Assembly (NCBI GenBank): GCA_951406725.2
Contig: OX597823.1
Coordinates: forward strand, 51,398,001 to 51,462,000
Length of the DNA stretch: 64,000 bases
Direction of reading: 5' to 3'
Origin: Octopus vulgaris
Lineage: Eukaryota
Shown here: positions 13,136 through 25,522 of the stretch, in pieces
Layout of the letters: the number at the start of each line of letters is the position of its first letter
Numbering within the stretch: position 1 is the first letter of the stretch
Translations under genes and position numbers: made by a program
Notes under the pieces: model-generated
What the model saw: only the letters and a program-made list of their open reading frames with translations
Told to the model about the DNA's origin: nothing
Databases searched by the model: none

Positions 13136-16053
13136 ATCTAGTTATTATGACCTTTAAATGGTCATATGCACTACACCTTATAACTAAAAAAAAGAATAAG
13201 CCTTTTCGTCAATAAGTTATCTATACCTATAAAATGTGTGAATGCAAATGAAATAACAGCAGACGACTTTGGCTGTATTAGCAATATTGAAAAGGTTACG
13301 AAATTTACGATACCTACATAGTCCGCATGCAAAAATATCCTACAAGGTTACAGTCCTTTAAGAATCCTGCTTATAAGCCTGTACGTTGTTACTCAATTTG
13401 TTAGAAATAGAACATAAATCTTCCAAATTACACCTGTTGTATGATTTCTTTGGACTGGAACTGAATATTGAGATTAACTATAAACAATTTATCTACATAC
13501 ATTAGCAAATTCACTAAAATATTTCTATTTTTTGCTTGGATAATTACTAGCTTTTTTTTCATATATAGACTCAAATTCCTTTGTTTTAAGTTGGGGTGGT
13601 GGAATCATTTTGTTTTAGTCGAGTGAATAACTCCTATATATTACTTGTACGAAATGTCTTACCCCTCTCTGTAATAATGATCAGAAAAGACGACCCGAGC
13701 AAATTAGAAAATCAAAATCCACAGGGATCAATATAAAAGCTATAATATTGTTGCTTTTGAAACTCTCCATTATTGTGTGGAATTAACATACACAATACTC
13801 AAAAGGTAATTCATAGAATATGGTAAAACAATTATTCATTTTATGGGCTAAAGCATTATATATAATAGCAGTACAAATACTCCTGTACTTCACGTCTTTA
13901 AGAGAGCAGATGACTTTTACTTTATTTTTATGTCGAACTAAAATGAATTTGAACATGAATGTTATTACAGTGTCATCAATTGTCAACAAGTAATTAATAT
14001 TTCCTGTCAGATTGATTCTTGTTGCTTTGATCTCCTAAGCAACCATCGAATTCATTTTCATCTCTTTTGTTTTTCCTTTCATTTACTCATCGCTTCCTTT
14101 ATAATCTCACTCTTTATTAACTACAAAATCGCAATTACTTAATATAAACTAGACAGCGCTATGGCTGCTGTTTTGAAAGACGGAAGAACTCAAATGTGGT
14201 TAAAATTTTACATGTCATGCCTTGTTTGAACTGTTGCAAACCTTAAGACAAGGCAAGTGAAAGGCTTTACCCGAACAAAAGTCGGCAAAATAAGAGCTTG
14301 TGATTAGAGTAAAGTAGTAAAGAAAAGAATTACAGGAAATAACTAATAAATAGACAGAAATTTCAAGTGATTATAAAGATGATTGATTTATTTTAGATCT
14401 GTCTTAAGTAAATGATAACTAGATGAACCAATACATATTACTTTGAATGAAAACAGTGTATTATAGCTTACCTTTACTCCAGAATAACGAAAATAAAGGA
14501 GAGATAAACTAAAATGACGCATACAGTAATTACGCAAAGATTTAGCGTATTTTAATGACCCATTATTTTGAATGGATCTTCATAGAGTGAAAGCTAAGGT
14601 TAGGTAAATTAGTTGCAGAGCTAAATTTGGTGTAGACCTTCCATTGTTTAGGCCCTCAATTGCTTGAAATCCTGCAGTTTCATTAATTTCAGCTTCAGTC
14701 GATAAATCTGCGACTATAATGACTTTTCGAGCCATTTGAAGACAATACTTATTTATGATTGATATTATTACAAAGAATTGTGAAAGAATGTTGAAGAAAT
14801 TAACACGTTCCCAAGAACTAGAGTTGCTATAGAAACAATCGAAGGTAAGAAAGCTAGCTAATATAACCAATTCATCATGTTTGCAGGTATTATAGTTTTA
14901 AGAATATTTTCTGAAATATAATCATTCGATTCAAGTGGACAGTATCGAATATCTGAAATAATGATTTCTTTCAAGTGAGCATATTTACTATTAGTAAATG
15001 GAATTTTACAGCTGCTGAGGCATGGCCACGGCTGACTGGCTGAAATTAGTTAAATTAACACAACATATGTATGTATCTGTGCGTTTGTGTTTGTGTATAT
15101 ATATTTATGTGTATGTATATATATATATATGTGTGTGTGTGTATAAATGTGTTATATACATAAACATACATGCACATATACATACACACACGCACACACA
15201 CACACGCACACACACACACACATATATATATATAGTACATATGAATACACACCTATACAGACACAAACATAGATATGTATACATACACACACACATATAT
15301 ATATACATATATATATACAGATATATATGTATATATATGTGTGTGTATATATGTATACATATATGTTTGTGTCTGTATAGGTGTGTATTTATATGCACTT
15401 ATATACATATAGAGTGGCACACACGCAGGCGCACATATATGAATGCACGTATTGATATAAGCATCGGTGTGTATGTGTGTTCCTTTTCACTTGTACAGTC
15501 TATGGACACGGCCAAGCTGAAGCACCGATTCGGAGGGTTTTAGCACATGAAATCGACTCTAGCAATTATTGTTAAAGTGTTATACTTGTTTTAACGTTCT
15601 CTAGTTGACCTTGTAGTAACGTAAACAGACTTTCGCTCTAGAGGCAGTGACTGGTAAAGGAACGTTACCGTGGGAGACAAATGCATACATGCACGTACAC
15701 ACACATACAGGTATACACACAAACATGCATAAATACATGCATACACATGTATATACATGCCTACATGTGCATATGCTTACATACATGCAGACATACATGC
15801 ATGAATACATACACGCATACATACATGCATAACGTGATTTACTTTAAAAAATTACTGCATCTCAGTTCAACATGGTTTGAAATCTAGATTTTATAAATAT
15901 ATGCATATACATGCATACATACATATATACATACATGCATTCCATTTACTAATGCAGCTTTTGGTGGTCCAAATCGGATATGCAATCTATGTGGTTGTCT
16001 TTTCAAAACATTGTGTGGTCAAACTCTGCATAAGGAGTAGACAACAACCACGT

Positions 16054-16255
16054 GGTGGCGCTATGGTCCAGTGGTTAGGGCAGCGGACTCGCAGTCGTAA
16101 GAACGCGGTTTCGATTCCCAGACCGGGCATTGTGAGTGTTTATTGAGCAAAAACACCTAAGCTCCACGAAGCTCCACGAAGCTCCAGCGGTGGGTGGGGT
16201 GTTGAACCCCACTGTACTCTTTCACCACAAGTCTCTCTCTCTCACTCTTTCTTCC
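16054..16255 (+). mobile_element. tRNA-derived SINE family D
   Basis: A-box tggtccagtggttagggc and B-box ggtttcgattcc; body similar to the reverse complement of 45392-45700 (cagaccggg..gtgttta..gagc..aacacc..gctccacg). Confidence 0.7.
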
Positions 16256-17617
16256 TACTTCTGCCACAAAGCAGAGGAACCATGGGGTAACCCACTGTGG
16301 TGTGGTAAACTTTCGGACCCTAGTCTAGATTTCGAATCCTCTGTACCCCAGGATGGTTCAGCTCTCCACCCGATAAAAGACACCGTTTACGGAATGAGAA
16401 TAACAACGTATATTTCGCGCCCGTGCAACCGCCAGTCTATTGCGTGTGGTGGGTGGACCTTCAAGTTGCTGCACGCATTCTTAGTAGCTTAGAGTAGGCT
16501 CGAATTAGAGATTATTCTTTGTGGCTGATGCCGTGAGTCCTGATTGGAAGAAGAACAACAACATCTACCACCACATACATACGTATATATAAATGTATGT
16601 GTATGTATATAGATACACACATATATACATACACATACATATGTATACATACATTCATATATAAATACATACAAGGACATATAACAATGTGTACATGTGT
16701 ATGTATATTTGTATCGGACTGTTATATCATACGGTAGACCTATTCTGGTAGACGTAGCAAGTGATGCTGCAGTAGTTATACCAGCTGCGGCATCTTCTGT
16801 AGCCAAAAAGCCAACAACATCATAGTTTACTCATTGAAGCAACTGAGAAGCTAGATAAACAGACAATTCTTTGTAGACGTAAGTTTTTTCTCTTTTGTTT
16901 TTAGCAATGATATAAAACTCTGAAGTAGTCGACAAAGTGTTGTTTGATGCACATTTTAATCTTTATCATGGTCTTCTTTAGAGTGTAGACACTATCAAAT
17001 AGTATCAATATAGTTTTAATGTTGCGTCTCTTTTATAGGTCATTTTAGGAAGCTTCTCTTGCTACGGCTTGTAGAAAAGACTAAACAATTTGTTAATTTC
17101 TCTGATGTTGTTGCTGTTGTTCTTGTTATTTTCCTCCATATTGACCTTGACCGAAGAGAGCTGCCATCAAATAAATTTCCTAGACGCCAACCACTCTATA
17201 GTTTTTAGACTTAGTTCATCTTGAACTTTATTATCTAACATGTCCTTACTTTTTTAACGATAACAGCTTGACTTTGGGGGAAATTATGGCTGACATCTTT
17301 TGGCCAAAACTGCAGGCAAACAATATCATACAGGCTGCATTCATTTAAGAATGCTGCTTGTAAGCTTCTATGTTGTTACTCAGATAGTGAGAAATAGAAC
17401 GCAAATATCCTAAATTACACCTCACTGTTTAGAAAATAAAAAAAAATTAATATTTTTGATAATGTATTGTCAGATATATCTAGAAAAAGACATAGCGATC
17501 ATGATTAAAACGTCTTGTGATTACAAGTTTGCTCGATTTGAACTCATTTTAAACTAAGCAACAACAACTACAGTAATGCTCTACCACATCTTAAAACATG
17601 ATTAAATGAACTATTAA

Positions 17618-17872
17618 GACCCCCTTCGGTCATAACTGACTGTCGGATTGCACCTAGAAAGTTAACCTCCCAGGTACAAATCCGGGCAAGGTTGTTTAAG
17701 GAAGACCAGCAGTCGCCCATGCATACCGGCCTCCCCTCTCCACGACACCAGTGTTATCCAAGGGAAAGGCAACAGCAGATACAGCTTGGCACCTGTGACG
17801 TCGCAACTCATTTCTACAGCTGAGTGAACTGGAGCAACGTGAAATAAAGTGTCTTGCTCAAGAACACAACAC
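17618..17872 (-). mobile_element. SINE family C, 5'-truncated
   Basis: Reverse complement of 2720-2960 (gatacagcttggcacctgtgacgtcgcaactcatttctacagctgagtgaact). Confidence 0.85.
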
Positions 17873-17957
17873 ATGGTCATAGCTATTTATGCAAAGAGCG
17901 CTAGATCAGGAAAAATAATTGTTAAAATTCTAAAATACACCGACGCTTACTTTAGAC

Positions 17958-18646
17958 CGAGAATTCTCAACCATTTTTTGCCCATGGATCTCTTTGATTC
18001 CTATTTTCCTTGGGTGGACCCCTATAGCCAATTGATGTTTAAAAATCTTATTGTATGTTTAAAATGAAATATAATTAGGAATTGTATAAAAGTAATTGCT
18101 AAAATATTTTATGTATTGAGGCCGTATAACCAATTTATGGCAGTAAACTATAATGGTTTGAAGCACAAGTTTACCATGGACCCCCAACTTATGTTGCTTC
18201 CTTGAAACCCACAAAATCTTATATAAACGCAGGAGTGGCTGTGTAGTAAGTAGCTTGCTTACCAATCGCTTGGTTCTGGGTTCGGTCCCACTGCGTGGCA
18301 CATTGGGCAAGTGACTTCTACTATAGCTTCGGGCCGACCAAAGCCTTGTGAGTGGATTTGGTAGACGAAAACTGAAAGAAGCCCGTCGTATATATGTATA
18401 TACATATATGTGTATGCATATGTTGACAACCGATGCTGGTGTGTTTACGTCCATGTAACTTAGTAGTTCGGCAAAAGAGACCGATAGAATAAGTACTAGG
18501 CTTACAAAGAATAAGTCCTGGGGTCGATTTGCTCAACTGAAGGCGATGCTCTAGCCTGGCCGCAGTCAAATGACTGAAACAAGTAAAAGACTAAAAGAGT
18601 TAAAGAGACCCCTAGGGTCTATGTCAACTCCGGTTGAGGACCACTG
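17958..18646. mobile_element. hAT-type MITE (same family as 1624-2191) with nested SINE B
   Basis: Ends ..ttctcaacc / ggttgaggaccactg; shared internal ccatgga..gtggacccc motifs; degenerate TSD ctttagac / catcagac. Confidence 0.7.
18224..18607 (+). mobile_element. SINE family B, well preserved
   Basis: Head cgcaggagtggctgtgtagtaagtagcttgcttacc through tail ggccgcagtcaaatgactgaaacaagtaaaaga. Confidence 0.92.
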
Positions 18647-18806
18647 CATCAGACAGTGACTATTCCCCTGTAATATACATTTCAACGAAACCATCGAAAT
18701 AGTCCCAGCGGGGTATATTGAAAGAGCAGCAAAGTCCGTCTAAAATAACACCCTACCGTACTGGACAAGGATAGATACATAGGACAACGATGATCTATTC
18801 TAGGAT

Positions 18807-19063
18807 CTTTTGCTACTTTCAGTCACTGAGCTGAGACCAAGCTACGTCATCGCCTTGAAGTGTTTTGTCAACAAACTGACCGCAATACTTAATTCTTAAG
18901 CCAGGTACTTATTCTATCGGTAACAGTTGGCGAACTGCTGCTAAGTCACGGAAACTGAAACAAATCAACACTGGTTGTCAAGCGGTGGTGAAGACAAACA
19001 CAAATACAAGGACACTCATATATTGATATTTGATATACATACAAACATATACGTATTCATACA

Positions 19064-19099
<36 letters not shown>

Positions 19100-19310
19100 T
19101 ATATGCATATACACACAAATATGTATATGTATGTGTGAGTGTATGTGCGTGCTTCTTTCAGTTTCCTCCTACCAAATTTATTCACAAGATCTTGGTCGAC
19201 CCGTGGCTATATTAGAAGCCACTTACACAAGATGCCACGCAATGGAACTAAATTCGAACCATGTGGCTGAAATGCAAGCTTCTTTCCACATAGCCATAGC
19301 TGCGCCTATA
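18807..19310 (-). mobile_element. SINE family B (degenerate)
   Basis: tttcagtcactga, gtacttattctatcggt, gcttctttcagtttcc and gaaccatgtgg motifs. Confidence 0.7.
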
Positions 19311-20187
19311 AATGGTCAGGCAATAAAAAAAAAATTTTTCAACACAGATCTGATCTTTAGGGACTGACCAAAGATTAACAAGAACAGCAAGAAAAGTAAC
19401 AACTCTTCATAAAATAATCTGTAAGATGAGTGGAAAACTAATGATAATCATTGTCACAAGATAGGAAGTAATAAACGATGAAATGGCATAAATTTGTAAG
19501 CGTAAAGAAGAGACAAAAAAAAATACCAATGTTTCGGTTTGAAAATACGTCCCCCATGAATCTTCTCCGTAATAAACCAGTTTATACCAATTTTGAACCG
19601 GTTTACAGTTGAATTAGGACTTCTGTGCAGGATACAAAATAGCAATCTTTCAAATAATATTCATATCGATTTGATTACCCCTGTGTTCCTAAACATGAAT
19701 AAATCAAAAAAAGAAAAAAAAATAGATATATATATAGTTCAGTTTTACAGAAATGTTTGCTTCAAACACAGGGCTGTTTTTTCATATTCATACTAATACA
19801 ATGAATTATAAATAAGACATTAGGAGACACATACACAGACAGACACACGAATTCACAGGCTAACATACGCTTACAGACACACACAAACGCGCACTCCCAG
19901 ACACATAAACGCACTAAAACATTTAGACACAAATACTAACACATCCACATACAGACTTCCCTACGCGTATACCGAATTTATTATTCGTTTTCGTTGTATT
20001 TTGTGTTTTATAGTTTCGGTTTTCTCTGTTAGTTGATTTTCTCTTTTGACTTTAAAGTTATACAGGACTTCTACTAACACTTTGCACTGAAATCAATCAA
20101 TAATACCCCATTGAATTCGACCTCTGTCTCTGAATCTCCGAGTTTTTATACCCACTTCTCTTCTCTCTTTCCTACCATTATACATAC

Positions 20188-20254
<67 letters not shown>

Positions 20255-20483
20255 TATATGTATGTGCGCGCGTATGTTTATATTTGTGTGTTATGAATGT
20301 AAAGTAATGTATGTATGTATGCGCTAGGACACACGTACAAACATATACGCACAACGCACATACACATACATTTATAAATAAAAAGATAGATTGGTACAAT
20401 AGCGTGTATGAGGCCTCAGCAACTACACACACACAAAATACATATGTATGTGTTTGTGTATGTAAATGTATATATATATGTAA

Positions 20484-20531
<48 letters not shown>

Positions 20532-20641
20532 TTGTATATGCACGTACGTATGTGTGTATATATATATATACATGTATTTGTATATGCACGTACGTATGTG
20601 TATATATATATATATATACTTGTATTTGTATATGCACGTAC

Positions 20642-20688
<47 letters not shown>

Positions 20689-21649
20689 CATACATAAATA
20701 CATACATACATACATATGCCCGTGCGTGTTCATATGCCGGAGAATAGACCTTAGTTGTTAGTATCAGCGTGATTTACATGCTTCCATACGTGGTATGTGT
20801 TTATCATACATAGACATACATAAAGAAATAAATTAATGCAACAATATATCATTCATCTGTACGTACTTACATTTCCTTTTCGCTGTCAGTGTGTTTGTGC
20901 GTGTGAAAGAGAAAAGAAAAAAGAAAATTGTAGTGTATGTAGGATATGTATTGTAGGACTTACACACGTTTTTGTTGACACAATGACCTCGTCAAGACCT
21001 CACATCGCAGCCATCAGAAAATATATGACAAAAGGAAGCAAAGAAAAAAAAAAGAGAAAAAAAATGGATGCCGAAAAATACAAAAGAATACATATAAGAA
21101 AGGGAGAAAAAAAATACAGAAAAAAGATACATCACTGAAAGAATTATATAAAAAGAGAAGAAAAAAACACGCTGCAAAAGAATATAAAAGAAGGGCAAAA
21201 AATAAAAAATAAAAAAAAGACCAGCGGTGAGACACTGTTAATGTGTTGGGAGGTGAAAATATAGGCAATGGAAAGAAGGGACAGCAAAGACTTTCATCCT
21301 TTGAAATGATCCGCTATTAATGGTGTTATCCGATAGAATTCGTTATCGCTGAACATCAACTATTAGAGCATGATTTACAAACAAGCCAGCAATTCGGGCA
21401 TACCTGATAGGTCACAGAGTTGACGTCAGAATATAGTGTGTTAGGACGTAAGAAGCAAACACACAGGATAGAAGGATTATATATTATAGATGCATAGCTA
21501 GATAGATGGATGGAGTGTTGGCCAAATAAATGGACACATGGACATACAAATTTGCAAGCAAAGAAACGGCTTATTCACACACACATACATACATACATAC
21601 ATACATAGATACATACATACATGCATGCATACATACATACATACATACA

Positions 21650-21680
<31 letters not shown>

Positions 21681-21843
21681 GTATATCTGAATGTACATAC
21701 ATGTATGTACATATATATATATACTTACATACATACGTAAACCTAACACTTTACTCCAAACCATATGTACTGTGTTCTCATAACTAGTTATAGACATCAA
21801 TATTATGTATGTAAGTATGTATGAATGTATGTGTCATGTATGT

Positions 21844-22010
21844 ATAGGTGCAGGTGCAGCAGTGTGGTAAGAAGATTGCTGCCAAACAGCAAGGTTTCCG
21901 GCTCGGTTCCACTGGTAGCAGCTTCAGCAAGTATCTTCTACTCTAGCCTCAGGTCGACCAAAGCTTTGTAGGAGGAATCGGTTGAATGAAACTGAAAGAA
22001 GCACGACGTC
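21844..22010 (+). mobile_element. SINE family B 5' half running into a large microsatellite
   Basis: gtgtggtaagaag..gcaagtatcttctactctagcctcaggtcgaccaaagc..gaaactgaaagaagc. Confidence 0.75.
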
Positions 22011-22041
<31 letters not shown>

Positions 22042-22042
22042 G

Positions 22043-22086
<44 letters not shown>

Positions 22087-22087
22087 A

Positions 22088-22149
<62 letters not shown>

Positions 22150-22303
22150 ATGTGTATATATATATGTATGTATATGTATATATATATATGTATGTATATG
22201 TATATATATATATATATGTATATGTATGTGTAGTATATGTATATGTATATATATATGTATGTATGTGTATGTGTATATATATGTATGTATGTGTATGTAT
22301 ATG

Positions 22304-22334
<31 letters not shown>

Positions 22335-22529
22335 ATGTATATATATATATGTATATATATGTATATGTATGTGTATGTATGTATATGTATGTGTATGTAT
22401 ATGTATGTGTATGTATGTATATCTTTGTATATATGTATATATATATGTATGTATATATGCATGTATGTATACATAAATATATATATATACATATATGTAT
22501 ACATACATATATATACATATATATGCATA

Positions 22530-22573
<44 letters not shown>

Positions 22574-22656
22574 TATGTATATACGTTTATATATTTAATG
22601 GCTAAACTGGCAAAATGACCATTCCGAAATATAAAAATACATACATATATATATAA

Positions 22657-22711
<55 letters not shown>

Positions 22712-22712
22712 G
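22011..22712. repeat. Compound (TA)n/(TATG)n microsatellite, about 700 bp
   Basis: Direct inspection; explains the YIYI ORFs. Similar blocks at about 20180-20715, 26790-27310, 28640-29020, 39310-39650, 53200-53750, 54900-55264 and 57020-57700. Confidence 0.95.
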
Positions 22713-22751
22713 ACATGCAGTAAGTAAATAGACACTTTAATTTTCGAAATC

Positions 22752-22914
22752 TTTAATTTGATATTAATTGGTTGGAGGAGAGGTTTCCTTCTATCTGCTT
22801 GTCCATAATAATCAAGCTTATGCAGATATGTAACACACGTTCTTAGACTAACTTCTAACTGTTTTGCAATATCAGAAGCCGTTGCACAGGGTTCGTTTTT
22901 CACAATTCTCTTCA

Positions 22915-22920
<6 letters not shown>
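22752..22920 (-). mobile_element. Tc1-type transposase fragment (HTH region)
   Basis: [56 protein letters not shown]; cf. Tc1 R.V...P..TA..I...L.VS..T....LH..G..GR.ARRKPLL...N.K.R. Confidence 0.8.
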
Positions 22921-22968
<48 letters not shown>

Positions 22969-23144
22969 TAGATAGATAGATAGATAGATATAGATTCTTT
23001 ACTCTATTACTTGTTTCAGTCACTTTTGACTGTGGTCATGCTGGAGCACCGCCTTTAGTCGAGCAAAATAGTAGAAGTCACTTGCCCAAGGTGTCACACA
23101 GTGGGACTGAACTCGGAACTATGTGGTTTGTATGCAAGCTACTT

Positions 23145-25203
23145 TATTTCATAAAATTTGTCATCATAGACAGTACAAAGAGTGTGTAGCTTTGCGGGCT
23201 GGACTAACACATTAATGAATGTAAATGAAATAGAATGAATAAATGAAAGACGAAACCTAACACCCACCGATTGGATTTTTCTCGAAAATATATTTCCTTT
23301 TTTGAAAAAATCAATATGAGGTTTCAAACCTCTTACAAGAAGGAGGCACAAAAACCTCTTACTTAACATGTCTTTTTTTAAACACACAATTGAGGTTATG
23401 AACCACTACAAATAATACAATAAGATGAGGTTTCAAACCCTATAACGAGGGTCTTTCACCTCCTACTCTTCGATATATCCATCGATATATTCATCATTAT
23501 CTTCAATGACGCTTGAGTTCCTGTATCCCGCCATTTCCCATGCCTCACTCATGTAGGACATGTAAGTCGTGTAAGGGCCACCCGGCGATATGCGACACTC
23601 CTCCTCAAATCTTTTAAGCCTTTCCCACAAGGGAAACCTTATGACCTCTACAGCTGTCTGCGGAGGCCATTCGGGATCCCGTGTAAAGGGCATATCTACT
23701 GTCTCTTTATGTTCTACTATTTTTTCCACCTCCCTGCCCTTATAGAAAAAGATAATTAATTGATCATCTTTAAGGGTGGGGGTGGTTTCTTCCACCGTGG
23801 GTGGCACAACTTGCGACATGCAGACGGCACATCATCTCCCCGCTGAGATGACCCGTTCTTCTTCCTTCTTTTTTTTCTTTTCTTCCAAACTTCGGGAGAG
23901 TGGATCTCTTCCGCTTTGTCCGGAGACTCTCCCCCGCCTTCCGAAGCCTATTGTTGCCCGCCTACTTCCTTTTTAATCCTTTTTGGGTTGAGGAGGCTGA
24001 AGCCTCCTCGACCACATCCACCTCTCACTTTGACCGGGTAGGGGAGGTAGAATCTAGTGACTGTTCCAGGACCATACCATAGTCCTGGGGCAGTTCCTTT
24101 TAATGTGGCCTGGCTGCAGGCACGAGTGACACTTGGGGGGACGTCCCTCATGTATCACCGGATTCCTGTAGCCAGCCATTTTCAAGAAATCTGGAAAAAC
24201 TAGATCTGTTGCGGCCGATGGGATCCACAGAGTCAAAATCGCTTTTGACCCTTCCCAATCGACCGCCGGCAATACCCTTACATTTAAGAGCCTGTGCCTG
24301 CCATCCCCCAGTCCCCGTCGGATGGTATCTTCAATCCAATCCGCTTCGGTTCCTGGGGGCACCCACATACCCAGGCTCTTATTAACTTCCTCCCGCAATA
24401 TTACGGGAGGAACAGAATTTCCTTGCCTTCTAAAGGCTGACTCGCAAACTGGCGAGCCTTTTCCCCGTTGTCAAACTGCAACCATACGATAGCATGTGTG
24501 ACACCACGGGATATATATTTTAAAGAGGACAAATAGTCTTTAAGTTCATTTTTTATAACTTGTTTTGGGAAGACGGTGATGGAATTAAGATCTTTAGAAT
24601 AAGTTCTAAGCACCATCGTCTTCTCCTTCATATCTTTTAACCACTGCTTAGGCGGGTTAATTTCCCCCTCTAAGACAGAGTTTTTCTTTTTAAGTTCCTT
24701 CTCTGCTATGTCAAAAAACAGTTCAAAAGTAGTTCAAAAGACAGTCTGCCAAAAAATTAAACCGAATAAAAATAAAACAAAATAAAAGAGGAGGAAAGGA
24801 AACTGAAATTAAAGTAATGAAAATAATGAACCAAAATTTAGAAAGAAAGAAAAAATAGAAGGGAAAAGTAAAAGAAAAACCTCACAAATAGCACAGACAG
24901 GGAATCCTTTGTGTAATAATCCAAAAAGGCAATCCAAATGGCTTATTCTTGAAGTACTCCAGTTCGGAAAAATTGTACTTTTTCTGGCGAGATACGCCCA
25001 CTAGAATTTACAAAAAGAATTTTCTAGCAATAATTCTCAATTCACCGTTACGGTGATGAGAACCCAGTATTTTGCTCGCTATAGCGAGCCATAAATGACA
25101 ATTTTCTTTTTGTCTTTTTTCTATTCACGGAGCCAAAAATAAACTCACATCTTGTCATTGTAACAGTCCAGACCAACTAGTGTTGCATTCTGGGTAACCG
25201 GAA
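23145..25203 (-). mobile_element. ORF1/Gag-knuckle-only non-LTR retroelement (half-L1/Tx1-like), about 2.06 kb
   Basis: 15-bp TSD gtatgcaagctactt (23130-23144) / gtaagcaagctactt (25204-25218). AATAAA at the 3' junction. Disrupted ORF with a CCHC knuckle; no RT, endonuclease or LTRs seen. Confidence 0.75.
23463..24709 (-). pseudogene. Disrupted ORF1-like nucleic-acid-binding protein (RRM-like region, CCHC zinc knuckle, basic low-complexity linker, C-terminal domain)
   Basis: Collinear frames: (I)AEKELKKKNS..MKEKTMVLRT..WLQFDNGEKARQFASQPL..LFLP*YCGRKLIRAWVCG/VPPG..IHEGRPPKCHSCLQPGHIKRNCP (C-X2-C-X4-H-X4-C), then ORF 23463-23819. At least one premature stop and two or more frameshifts. Confidence 0.75.
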
Positions 25204-25383
25204 GTAAGCAAGCTACTTACCACACAGCCACTCCTATATAAATGTTTACGTTTGTTTGTCAAATGGATCTGATTACATTCCCATCGTCGGCTAAGTAATT
25301 TGTCCTAAATTGCTTGTCTCTAGTATATTCATTCTGATATATATATGACTATCTGTGTGTGCGTGTATCTCTTTATCTCTTTC

Positions 25384-25440
<57 letters not shown>

Positions 25441-25464
25441 GTGATCTATATATATATATATATA

Positions 25465-25522
<58 letters not shown>

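Larger units (their letters stand above)
22996..25237 (-). mobile_element. SINE family B copy split in its tRNA head (22996-23144 and 25204-25237)
   Basis: The left part ends ..gaactatgtggtttgtatgcaagctactt and the right part resumes gtaagcaagctacttaccacacagccactcc. Joined, they match the intact head seen at 38210-38275. Confidence 0.85.

Noticed and set aside
14580-14870. 96-aa minus-strand ORF with protein-like composition (MARKVIIVADLSTEAEINETAG..)
   Set aside because: No recognisable domain or flanking splice sites consistent with the frame.
21421-21428. Perfect CRE site TGACGTCA
   Set aside because: A single 8-mer is expected by chance in 64 kb.
20178-22716. Long ORFs rich in YI/HT/CV dipeptides (also about 15000-15900, 26600-29550, 53260-53830 and 57280-58260)
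   Set aside because: They are translations of stop-free microsatellites, not genes.
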